NCBI GenBank assembly: GCA_963674755.2
Contig: CAXXVS010000003.1
Span: forward strand, 2,400,001 to 2,464,000
DNA: 64,000 bases
DNA from: Desulfobacterales bacterium
GTDB lineage: Bacteria; Desulfobacterota; Desulfobacteria; Desulfobacterales; UBA5852
Reading direction: 5' to 3'
The position numbers and the translations under genes were made by a program. This document shows positions 9,725 through 18,214 of the stretch, one piece after another. A model generated the notes under the pieces. The model did not search any database and was not told where the DNA came from. It worked only from the letters and a program-made list of their open reading frames with translations. How positions within the stretch are numbered: position 1 is the stretch's first letter; each line of letters starts with the position of its first letter.

Positions 9725-11353
9725 TCACCTCTTGGCCGCCGGGCCGCTGCGTTCCAGGTACGACAGCTTGCCGTGGGGCAGGCTGTGGTGGTCGAACATG
9801 AACATCCAGCCATCATACTTGGCCGGGCGGTAGGCGGTGGTGCTGGTGGTGCAAAAGAGCGGAATCTCGGGCACCAGCTCGGCCAGCTCCTGCTGGAGGG
9901 CAGCCACCAGGTGGCGCCGCTCTTGCGGGTCGATGGCGGTTTGCTGGCGGTGGAGCAGGTTCATCAGCTGCGGGGCTTCCAGGCCCGGCAGGCCGGCATG
10001 GGAGGGCGCCGCATTGGCACCGCTGGAGGCCGGGGTGAAACGGGCCACCAGGTAGTCGGGGTCGCCGCCCCATCCGCCGTGCCCCAGAATGGCCAGCTGG
10101 TAGTCCGAGCTGCGCACCCGGGAATCGCGTGTTTTAGCGTCCACACTGCGGATCGTCAGCGGCAGGCCGACCTCCCGGAGTCGCTGCCGGATCAGCTCCG
10201 CCAGGCGCACTTCGGTGCTGCTGCACAGAAGCTCCAGGGCCAGGGGTTGCCCATCGGGAGAGAGGCGCCCTTCCGCACCTTCCAGCCGCCGGCAACCGGC
10301 CTGATCCAGGAGTTCCCGGGCCCGAGCCGGATCGAAGGGATAGGTGCGGGTTGCGACAGCCATGACGTGGTCCGGCGGCAGGATGCCGGGACGTCCGGGC
10401 ACGGCGGCCCCCCGGGCGATCTTGTCCACCAGCTCCTGGCGGTCGATGGCGTGCATCAGGGCCTGCCGGACCGCCACTTCCCGAAAGGCGGGCACCTTCG
10501 CCATGTTCAGAAGCAGGCGGTAGCCCCAGAAGGCCGGGCTGCGGACGATGCGATGGTCCGGGTTGTCGGCAAAGCGCGGCCGCACGTCGGGGGTGACGGT
10601 GGTGAGGTCGATTTCCCCCTTTTCGTAGGCCAGAATCGGCTCGCTGACCGGGATGAACTCGATGGTCCGTACCCGCGGGCGGGGACCCCAGAAGTCTTCG
10701 AAGGCTTCGAAACGGTAGGTCCCGTGGGTCTTGCTATAGTGGGTCAGGCGATAGGGACCGCTGCCGATCACCGCCTCCGGGGCGGTGAATTCCCTGGGAC
10801 GTTCGATGCCCTCCCAAATATGGCGGGGAATGATGCGGGTGCGCCCGATATGGTCGAGCATGGCGGCCCGGGGAGCCTTGAGCCGCACGCAGACCGCATG
10901 GTCGTCGTCCACGGCCACGGTCTCGATGGCATCGAAGATATAGGACCAGGTGGCGGCGTGGCGGTTGGCGTAATCCAGGGAGAAGGCCACATCTTCTGGT
11001 GTGAGGGGCTGGCCGTCCTGCCAGCGGACCCCTTGGCGGATGAAAAAGCGATAGGTCCGTCCCCCGTCCTCGACGGCATAGCGCTCGGCCAGCCAGGGAA
11101 TCAGTCCCTTTTCGTCCCGTTCCAGCAGGCTGTCGAAGATCAGGCACATCTTGAACCCTCCCGGTCCCCGGGGGTAGTGGGCAAAGGGGGAGGGATAGCC
11201 CCAGTCGCCGCCTGCCAGGCGGATGACATCCACATCGTAGGCGCCCGGCCGGTTGGCGGCCGCCATCGGTTTTTCCTCGGTTTCCGTCCGGCTGCAGGCG
11301 ACCAAAAGCATTACGAGGAGCATGGCGGTCAGGACGGTTGTGATACGCCTCAC
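9725..11353 (-). CDS. Family 5 (peptide/nickel) ABC substrate-binding lipoprotein
   Basis: GTG start after AGAAAGGA; lipobox LVAC; PWLAE, WQDGQPLTPEDVAFS, GSGPY, VRQAL..AIDR. Confidence 0.9.
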   Translation of the reverse strand: MRRITTVLTAMLLVMLLVACSRTETEEKPMAAANRPGAYDVDVIRLAGGDWGYPSPFAHYPRGPGGFKMCLIFDSLLERDEKGLIPWLAERYAVEDGGRTYRFFIRQGVRWQDGQPLTPEDVAFSLDYANRHAATWSYIFDAIETVAVDDDHAVCVRLKAPRAAMLDHIGRTRIIPRHIWEGIERPREFTAPEAVIGSGPYRLTHYSKTHGTYRFEAFEDFWGPRPRVRTIEFIPVSEPILAYEKGEIDLTTVTPDVRPRFADNPDHRIVRSPAFWGYRLLLNMAKVPAFREVAVRQALMHAIDRQELVDKIARGAAVPGRPGILPPDHVMAVATRTYPFDPARARELLDQAGCRRLEGAEGRLSPDGQPLALELLCSSTEVRLAELIRQRLREVGLPLTIRSVDAKTRDSRVRSSDYQLAILGHGGWGGDPDYLVARFTPASSGANAAPSHAGLPGLEAPQLMNLLHRQQTAIDPQERRHLVAALQQELAELVPEIPLFCTTSTTAYRPAKYDGWMFMFDHHSLPHGKLSYLERSGPAAKR

Positions 11354-11382
11354 GGCAATTTCCTTTCTGCTAAGCGATGGGC

Positions 11383-12267
11383 TCAAAGCGGCGCTACCTT
11401 CTGATCCACACGCCAGGCCATGATCCCCTGGCAAGCCTCGTGCTGCTGGTGGAAGACGCCGTCCGTGCAGCGGGCGTCCACGAAAGCGGCCACCGCCTCG
11501 TGGATGGTATCGTTGAGTTCGGTGTAGCCTTCGAGATAGGTGGTGCATTCTTCGATAGCCTCGTCCCGGGGCAGCCGGGTTTCCCGCTGCCAGGTGTGGA
11601 ACTGCAAACTTGGCCGGTGTCCCAGAGCATAGACCAGGTTGAAGGGGTAGATGATGTCGCCGCTGCGCAGGTCGTGGGGTTCACCGAAGACCGCCTGCCA
11701 CAGCTCGCCATAGCGCTGGGGGCCGCCGTTGCCCCCGGAGAACTTGCTGAGGTAGCAGGCTCCCCGGGAGGCGGCCATCATCTTCTTCAGGTTGTCAGGC
11801 CCGTCGATGCCGGGCGTCATGGAGGCGAAGACTAGATCGAAGGCGCCCTCCCACTGTTCCTGCGCCAGGTCGATGTCCTGCCAAGTGCGCCGGTCCACAA
11901 TGATATTGGCAATCCCGGCATCATCGATCCGTTCCCGTAGAATGTCGGCCATGGCCTTGGCCGGTTCCAGGGCGGTGACATGGTCGGCGGTTTGCGCCAA
12001 GAGCAGGGCCCAGTTGCCCGGCCCGGCCCCAATGTCCAGCACGCGGTAGCCGGGCCGGAGGATGCCGTCGGCGATAAGCCCGGCAATGATTTCCCGCCGT
12101 TGTTTGCCCTGTTCCCTCCGTCCGGTACGCTCGGCGAAGTCGGCGGCCATGGCGTTCCAGCGTTTGAGACGGGCACTTGGGGCAACCCGCTCCCGTCGTC
12201 GGGTCGGGGTGCTTGCGACGATTTCACGCCAATGGGTTTCCCAAAAGGCGGCATCCATGGAGGGCAT
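11383..12267 (-). CDS. Class I SAM-dependent methyltransferase
   Basis: VLDIGAGPG, VTALEP, FDLVFASMTP; GAGGAG RBS. Confidence 0.9.
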   Translation of the reverse strand: MPSMDAAFWETHWREIVASTPTRRRERVAPSARLKRWNAMAADFAERTGRREQGKQRREIIAGLIADGILRPGYRVLDIGAGPGNWALLLAQTADHVTALEPAKAMADILRERIDDAGIANIIVDRRTWQDIDLAQEQWEGAFDLVFASMTPGIDGPDNLKKMMAASRGACYLSKFSGGNGGPQRYGELWQAVFGEPHDLRSGDIIYPFNLVYALGHRPSLQFHTWQRETRLPRDEAIEECTTYLEGYTELNDTIHEAVAAFVDARCTDGVFHQQHEACQGIMAWRVDQKVAPL

Positions 12268-12304
12268 ACAGTCAACTCCTCGTGTTGCGGGTCAATAAAC
12301 GGCC

Positions 12305-12406
12305 TCTGAGGCTGAAAGCCGGCAGCGCGGCTTTTGGGGGCGCGCCCACGACCGATCGGTCCTGGTCCTGGTCGCATAATGCCGGATCCTGGTTTTCAGC
12401 CTCAGA
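12305..12406. repeat. ~100 bp element bounded by 16-bp inverted repeats
   Basis: TCTGAGGCTGAAAGCC (12305-12320) versus GGTTTTCAGCCTCAGA (12391-12406): 15/16 complementary. Confidence 0.6.
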
Positions 12407-12425
12407 CGTGTGTCGCCACAGGCCC

Positions 12426-14540
12426 TTAGAATGATAGTGTCAACGAAGTCCCGAAAAACCGGCCTACCGCCGGATAGCCCGAGGCGTCGTAGTATTCCTC
12501 ATCGAAAAGGTTCCGCACGTAGAGGTTCAGCACGGCCTTCTGCAGGGGGCCCTGGTTCTCGCAAAGCACCTGCTCGACACCGAAATCCACCGTGTGGTAG
12601 GCATCGATTTCCACCGATCGAAAATCCCAGACATCCGGGGCGACCTCTTCGGAGACCTCCGTCACTTCGTCACTCTGGTAGTAGTAGTCCAGCAGCAGGG
12701 TCGTCCACGGAAAGAGCTGGTAGCGCAGGCCGGCGCTCACCCGGTGCTCGGCGCGCTGGTCCAGTTCGGTCTCAGCGGCCGGCTCATCGCCCTGGTTGTC
12801 GAAGTCCTGCCAGGAATAGCCGAGGTAGAAGGAGAGGTCGTCAGTCAGGTGGCCGCCCATTTCGATGTCGATGCCGTACTGGTAGACCTCCTCCAGGTTG
12901 ATCTTATAGTCGTAAAACCGTAGGTTTCCGGCACCGCCGCCCGAGTAGTTGGCATAGCCGCTGTTGGTGGCGATGTAGTCCTTGATATCGTAAAACCAGA
13001 AGTCGATCTTGAAGGCGATGTCCCGCCACAGGCGGCGGTCCAGGACGAGGTCGTAGCCCGTGCCGTGCTCGGGTTCCAGGAAGAGCCCGGCCGGGCGTCC
13101 CTGGGGGTTGTAGTCCCCATGGTAGTCCGGCGCACGCCAGATTTTGCTGACCCCTACCGAAAGGGATGTGTCCCGCAGCCAGGGAGCCAGTTCGTCCATC
13201 TTCCAGGTGAGGAATGACTTGGGGATCAACTGGTTCCAGTCCCGGCCCACCATGCTGTCATAGGCGGGGTTCCACAGGGTGCCGTTGCCGCTGAGGTTGC
13301 TGATATGGGATTTGACATACTCGTAACGCAACCCCAGGGTCAGTTCCAGGGAAGGAACGATATTCCAGCGGTGCTGCAGAAAAGCGCTTTTCTTATTGAT
13401 GCGCTGGTTTTTGTCGTCATCGTCAAGGGTATTGCCGTTGTCGTACATATAGGTCAGATCGAACCCCACGATGGTGCTGTGGTTCGGCAGCCATTGGATT
13501 TCGTCCTGGAGTTTAAGGCCTTCCTGCCACCAGGTGGTGTCCAGCTCCGTGGGCAGGAGGTCGCCGAGGTTGGGGTAGTTGGCCCGATTGCGCCGCTCCT
13601 TGCTGCTGTAAGCCCCCAGGTTGATGACGCCGATGGGGGAGGGCTGCTCCAGGTTCAGCCGCCAGGCGTGGGATTCACCGTCCCAGGTGGGATTCTGGAA
13701 TTCATCGTAGGTGGCGTCCTCGATTTTGGGGTAGTCTCCATCATAGTCCCCGTAGGTAAGGCCGGGGTTGTTGACCGGCTCGTCGCGGTCCGTATCGGTG
13801 CCCGAAAGACTCAGGGTCACGAAACCGTCCGCCGGCAGCAGGTAGCCGATACGGCCGTAGAGCGTTTGGATGTCGGTTTTGCTGTGGCGCAGGTAGCCGT
13901 CGGTGCGATAGTCCTGGTAGGCCATATCATAGGTGAAATCCTTGACAGCGCCCTGTACGGTGGCGAGATTGTTCCAGGTTTCGTAGGAGCCGTAGCTGGT
14001 GGTCAGGGTGGCCTCGGGCTTGAGGCTGGCCCGGCGGTGGGGCCGCTCGGAGATCATGTTGATGACCCCGCCGATGCTTTTGCTGTCGTAAAGGGCTGAA
14101 TGGGGCCCCGCCAGGATCTCCACTTCCTGAATGAGAAAGGTGGGCAGCAGGGCATAATCCACGATATTGCTGGATTTGCGTCCCCCGGTTTTCTGGACGG
14201 TGAGCCCGTCGATGGCCGTGACAAAGCGATTGGCACCGAACCCCCGCAGGTAGATCGAATCGATACCCGGATCCAGGGTGTTGCTGCCCCGGAAATCCAC
14301 GATGGCCTGGGTTTTCAGGGTATCCAGGATGCTGGTCTGGGGGCCGATGGTCTTGAACTCCTCCATGTCGATCACGGTGCCCTGGGGAATCTGTTCTAGG
14401 CCGGGCGCTCCGGCTTTGTCTTCCACCACGACGTCCTCGAGTTGTTGCAGATCCTCCGGGGCATCATCGGCGGCCAACGACAGGCCGCCCGCTCCCAAAA
14501 AGAAAAATGCCATTATCCACATCATTCCGAATCTTCGCAT
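12426..14540 (-). CDS. TonB-dependent outer membrane receptor
   Basis: Signal peptide, TonB-box-like EDVVV, plug motifs IYLRGFG..IDG and EILAGPHSALY..GGVIN, RNLFDEEY, C-terminal Phe. Confidence 0.92.
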   Translation of the reverse strand: MRRFGMMWIMAFFFLGAGGLSLAADDAPEDLQQLEDVVVEDKAGAPGLEQIPQGTVIDMEEFKTIGPQTSILDTLKTQAIVDFRGSNTLDPGIDSIYLRGFGANRFVTAIDGLTVQKTGGRKSSNIVDYALLPTFLIQEVEILAGPHSALYDSKSIGGVINMISERPHRRASLKPEATLTTSYGSYETWNNLATVQGAVKDFTYDMAYQDYRTDGYLRHSKTDIQTLYGRIGYLLPADGFVTLSLSGTDTDRDEPVNNPGLTYGDYDGDYPKIEDATYDEFQNPTWDGESHAWRLNLEQPSPIGVINLGAYSSKERRNRANYPNLGDLLPTELDTTWWQEGLKLQDEIQWLPNHSTIVGFDLTYMYDNGNTLDDDDKNQRINKKSAFLQHRWNIVPSLELTLGLRYEYVKSHISNLSGNGTLWNPAYDSMVGRDWNQLIPKSFLTWKMDELAPWLRDTSLSVGVSKIWRAPDYHGDYNPQGRPAGLFLEPEHGTGYDLVLDRRLWRDIAFKIDFWFYDIKDYIATNSGYANYSGGGAGNLRFYDYKINLEEVYQYGIDIEMGGHLTDDLSFYLGYSWQDFDNQGDEPAAETELDQRAEHRVSAGLRYQLFPWTTLLLDYYYQSDEVTEVSEEVAPDVWDFRSVEIDAYHTVDFGVEQVLCENQGPLQKAVLNLYVRNLFDEEYYDASGYPAVGRFFGTSLTLSF

Positions 14541-14670
14541 GCTGCCGGTCCCTCCTTCGCTTCCGTTGGCATTCAATGGCGCATGATGCGCCGTCCCGGC
14601 GATTGACGCAGGAGGACCTTTCGGTGTAGATTTCCCATCAAGGCTCCCTTTGCCGGGGGCTTTATCTCCG

Positions 14671-14713
14671 AGGCAGCCGTGGTCTCCTGGTCGGGATGCG
14701 GCTGCCTTTTTTT
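14671..14713 (+). terminator. Intrinsic-terminator-like hairpin, antisense to the operon
   Basis: AGGCAGCCG...CGGCTGCCT stem running into a T7 tract on the plus strand. Confidence 0.55.
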
Positions 14714-14728
14714 GATCTTTCGTACCTG

Positions 14729-14926
14729 CTATAGCGCTCGCAGGGCTTTGCGCAGACAGGCGTTGCCCTTTTCCGCGCAGTCTGCCATTTCGCGCACGGC
14801 CTGCCCGGAGGTTGCCAGGCCGGCGGCTTCCAGCTCATCGGCGAAACGCCGGTAGTCCCGGACATGATCTTCATTATGGCTGAGCCAGTGTTGCAGGCGG
14901 ATCTGCGCTTTCTCTTTGACATCCAT
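14729..14926 (-). CDS. Small 65-aa helical protein with HxxxHNxxH motif, putative metal chaperone
   Basis: AAGGAG RBS; MDVKEKAQIRLQHWLSHNEDHVRDY; not called as a separate ORF in the track. Confidence 0.75.
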   Translation of the reverse strand: MDVKEKAQIRLQHWLSHNEDHVRDYRRFADELEAAGLATSGQAVREMADCAEKGNACLRKALRAL

Positions 14927-14949
14927 GGGGCTTCTCCTTGTTGGTCGGG

Positions 14950-16317
14950 TTAGCGCACCTGTTGGTCGCTGTCGGGCAACCGGCGCATGGCCAGTAGGGC
15001 GGCCTGACGCTGCCCCTTGAAGGTCGCGGCTTTGGCCAGCGCTTCGCGACCGGCGGCCGTATCCTTGATCTGCAGGGCGGCATAGCCCGCCATCAGCCAG
15101 GCCCGTCCGGCCCGTCTTCGGTCGACCCGGGCCGCCTGCCTGAACGCCTGGCCGGCCTCGGCATAGCGCTCCAGGGCGTACAGCAGATCGGCTTTGGTCA
15201 TCAGCAGTTCGCTTTCGTTGGTGTCCGGCGCAAACTGCTGGCAGGCATCCAGGGCCTCTTGGAACCGGCCAAGCTGTTGCAGGGCCTGCACCAGATTTTT
15301 CAAAAGCCGCGGGTCGCGGTCCTGCTTCAGGGCGACCGCGTATAACGGGGCCGCTTTGGCCGGGATGCCCACCTGAAGGTGGAGATCGGCCACCAGGCGG
15401 GTTTCCCGCTCGGATAGGGGCCTCAAAAAACCGACCACCGTCATGGCCATCAGGGCCTGCTCGTAATGGTTTTCGTGCAAAGCTACATGGGCCAGAGCCT
15501 GCCACCATTTGTCCCGCAAAGGGGCTTCGCGGGTAAGCCGCAAGACCAGATCCCGGGCCGCTTTGGTCATCTCGAGTTCAAGATATTGGTGCAGTAGGAT
15601 TTCCTGCCATTGGACCTGCTTTTCGCCGGTGGCGGTGGCGGCCAAGGCGCGGATATGGGGCAGGGCCCGGCGGGGCTGGTTGGCCGACAGCAGGGCGTGG
15701 ACGGCGTTTTCCCGCCAGGCCGGCTGAACCGCCGCCGCATGGCGGGCGAACAATTGGTCGAAAGCCGCGATGGCGGGGGCGTACTGTCGATCCATGAGAA
15801 GGGCTACGGCACTGCTGTAAAGATGGGTGGGGTCCGGCACGGATGCGCGGGCATAGGCCTCGGCAAACCCCCGGGCCGCAGTGGCATAGTCTTGCCGTCC
15901 ATAGGCGGCCTGGGCCAGGTTCAGCCAGGACGGGATGTGATCGGGATCCCGCTGCAGGGCTTTTTCGAAGGCTGTGATCGCCGCTCCGTAAGCGTTTTGC
16001 ATGAGGCGGCAGGTGCCCAAGGCGAAATACACCTGGGGATGATGGGTCCCCCGGGGATCGTCGTCCTCCGGGCCGGGGAAGGGGCCGCCGCCGGCCTGGA
16101 AGATTTCGAGGACCTCGGCGGCCTGGTCATAGGCCTTGTCCTGGATCAGACGGGCCGCCTTGGCCAGGGCCACCCGGGCCGGTCCGGGCAGGTCGGAGGG
16201 GTCCGCCCGGCCCGGCCCGGGTGCCATGACGGCCAAGGCGGCCAGAAGCATGGCCACCCGGAAGGCCGTCGCCAGGCACAGCCGGGTGCAAAGAAGATGA
16301 TATCTTAACTGATGCAT
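14950..16317 (-). CDS. Exported TPR protein of the TonB system (TtpD-like)
   Basis: Signal peptide, multiple TPR-like repeats, directly after tonB; GGAGG RBS before ATG 16317. Confidence 0.85.
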   Translation of the reverse strand: MHQLRYHLLCTRLCLATAFRVAMLLAALAVMAPGPGRADPSDLPGPARVALAKAARLIQDKAYDQAAEVLEIFQAGGGPFPGPEDDDPRGTHHPQVYFALGTCRLMQNAYGAAITAFEKALQRDPDHIPSWLNLAQAAYGRQDYATAARGFAEAYARASVPDPTHLYSSAVALLMDRQYAPAIAAFDQLFARHAAAVQPAWRENAVHALLSANQPRRALPHIRALAATATGEKQVQWQEILLHQYLELEMTKAARDLVLRLTREAPLRDKWWQALAHVALHENHYEQALMAMTVVGFLRPLSERETRLVADLHLQVGIPAKAAPLYAVALKQDRDPRLLKNLVQALQQLGRFQEALDACQQFAPDTNESELLMTKADLLYALERYAEAGQAFRQAARVDRRRAGRAWLMAGYAALQIKDTAAGREALAKAATFKGQRQAALLAMRRLPDSDQQVR

Positions 16318-16344
16318 GAGGTCGTCCTCCAAGACGGCGGCTGG

Positions 16345-17037
16345 CTATTCCAACTCGAAACGAATCGTGGTTTCCGCCCAGGCTTTGACCGGCGTGCCGT
16401 CAACCGTTCCCGGTCTGAAGCGCCATCCGGCCACACAGCGCAGGACGTTGGCGTCAAAAATGCCGGTGGGCTGACTCTCCTGGATGCTGATGTCGGTGAC
16501 CCGTCCGTCTTCCTGGACCACGAAGCGCACCCGTACCCAGCCCTCGATGCCCCGGTGCTTGGCATGGAGGGGGTAGACCGGCGGGATGCGGGAAACCACT
16601 GTCAGGGGCGCGTCCAGGTCGCCGGCCCCGAAGAGGTCGCCCAAGCCGGTCATGTCCGGCTCGACGGGCGCGACCGCGGGCAGGCTCACGGCTACCGGTC
16701 CGGCCGGCAGATGGGGGTTTAGCTCAAAATTCAGGGCCAGGCGGGGTTGCGACGTCGGAGCGAAACGCGGCTGGGGCAGCGCTTCCGGCGGCGGGGCCGG
16801 CGGTTTTTCGGGTTCGCGCTCCACCGGGCGCTCTTCCCGCTTGAGGCGGATGACATTGATATTGGCCACGGGCTGTTCGAAGACCGGCACTTCGGTAGGC
16901 CGCTCCAGCAGGTGGGGCATGAGGGCGAAGAGCGCAAGGTTGAAGACCAAGGCGGCAACGCCCGCCATAAGCCAGGCCGTGGCCCGGTGGGGCCATTTTC
17001 CGGTTCCGGTCGGCCCCGCTATAACGGTGGCCGTCAT
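16345..17037 (-). CDS. tonB: Energy transducer TonB
   Basis: TM anchor, Pro-rich linker, PVYP..GIEGWVRVRF..DGRV..WRFRP C-terminal domain. Confidence 0.92.
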   Translation of the reverse strand: MTATVIAGPTGTGKWPHRATAWLMAGVAALVFNLALFALMPHLLERPTEVPVFEQPVANINVIRLKREERPVEREPEKPPAPPPEALPQPRFAPTSQPRLALNFELNPHLPAGPVAVSLPAVAPVEPDMTGLGDLFGAGDLDAPLTVVSRIPPVYPLHAKHRGIEGWVRVRFVVQEDGRVTDISIQESQPTGIFDANVLRCVAGWRFRPGTVDGTPVKAWAETTIRFELE

Positions 17038-17039
17038 GA

Positions 17040-17459
17040 TCAGGAGCCCTCCGGCAACCGGGCGGCCAGGGATACATTGGCGGCACCGGCCAGACGGCAG
17101 CCGTCCATGACCCGGATGGCCGTGCCGGTGGTGCTGGCCCGGTCGGCGACCACCACCACGACCCCATCCGGGTTCTCGGCCAGGGCCCGCTCCACATTGG
17201 CCCGCACGGCCCGCACATCCACTTCCCGGTGGTCGAAAAAAATCCGGTCGGCGGCATCGATCCCGATCAGAATCGTGGCCTTGGCCTGGCTCACGGCCGT
17301 GGCCGCCGTGGGGCGGTTGATCTCCACCCCGGTCTCCTTGACAAAACTCGTGGTGACCAGAAAGAAGATCAGCAGGATGAACACCATATCGATGAGCGGG
17401 GCGATGTTCAGCTCCACGGTGGAGCGGCTGTTGCGGCGGGCGCGGCTGATGGCGAGCAT
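17040..17459 (-). CDS. exbD: ExbD/TolR biopolymer transport protein
   Basis: NIAPLIDMVFILLIFFLVTTSF; ADRAS. Confidence 0.93.
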   Translation of the reverse strand: MLAISRARRNSRSTVELNIAPLIDMVFILLIFFLVTTSFVKETGVEINRPTAATAVSQAKATILIGIDAADRIFFDHREVDVRAVRANVERALAENPDGVVVVVADRASTTGTAIRVMDGCRLAGAANVSLAARLPEGS

Positions 17460-17557
17460 GTCGGTCGGGTCCCTTATCTATCTAAAAAATAATTTAATAA
17501 TTCATTGTTCATTTTCTTTAAGTCGGCTGAAGTAGTCATGCCGCCTGGACTAACCTT

Positions 17558-17584
17558 CTTCATGTCCTTCATGATCTTCATGGT
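17558..17584. repeat. Three tandem 9-bp repeats CTTCATGNN
   Basis: CTTCATGTC-CTTCATGAT-CTTCATGGT. Confidence 0.7.
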
Positions 17585-17602
17585 GAATCTTTCCCCTAAA
17601 CC

Positions 17603-18214
17603 TCACAAATGCCGCCGCAGAAACAGGCCGGCGGTGGCGATGCGCTGCTGCAGGTTGCGGGCCCGGCGGTCCAGGAAGCCTTTCATGTAGAGACCGGGAA
17701 TGGCTACCAGAAGGCCGGTCTGGGTGGTGATGAGGGCTTCCGATATGCCGCCGGCCATGGCCTTGGCATTGCCCGTGCCGAAGACCGACATGATGTCGAA
17801 GGTGGCGATCATGCCGGTCACGGTGCCCAGCAGACCCAACAGGGGCGCCACGGCCGCCAGCACCCCGATCACCTGCAGGTAGTCGGTCAGGGACCGGTTG
17901 AGGCGTTGTACGGTCTCTTCCAGGATAAAACGGTCCAGGAGGCGGTTGCCGCTGCGGGCCTGCAGGAAATGCGTTACCAGCAAGGCGATGGCCCCGCTAT
18001 ACTCACGGCGGTCGGGCAGACGATTTTGCTGCACGTACTCCCGGGCGGTCCGGAAGGGCATGTTGCGGCGGTGCAGGCGCCGGAAAAACAAGGCCCGGTT
18101 CATGATGAGCAGCCACATGACCAGGCTGACCCCGGCCAGCGGGGGCATTACCGGGCCGCCGGCCTGCAGGTAGTCCAGGGTTTGGTGGTAAGCGGTTTGC
18201 CAGAGCTCAGTCAT
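17603..18214 (-). CDS. exbB: MotA/TolQ/ExbB proton channel protein
   Basis: APLLGLLGTVTGMI, GGISEALITTQTGL. Confidence 0.92.
   Translation of the reverse strand: MTELWQTAYHQTLDYLQAGGPVMPPLAGVSLVMWLLIMNRALFFRRLHRRNMPFRTAREYVQQNRLPDRREYSGAIALLVTHFLQARSGNRLLDRFILEETVQRLNRSLTDYLQVIGVLAAVAPLLGLLGTVTGMIATFDIMSVFGTGNAKAMAGGISEALITTQTGLLVAIPGLYMKGFLDRRARNLQQRIATAGLFLRRHL

Noticed and set aside
14590..14670. Possible Moco riboswitch before the TBDR
   Set aside because: Only loose AGGG..GAAA..CCTCC similarity; the conserved terminal and P1 elements are not found.
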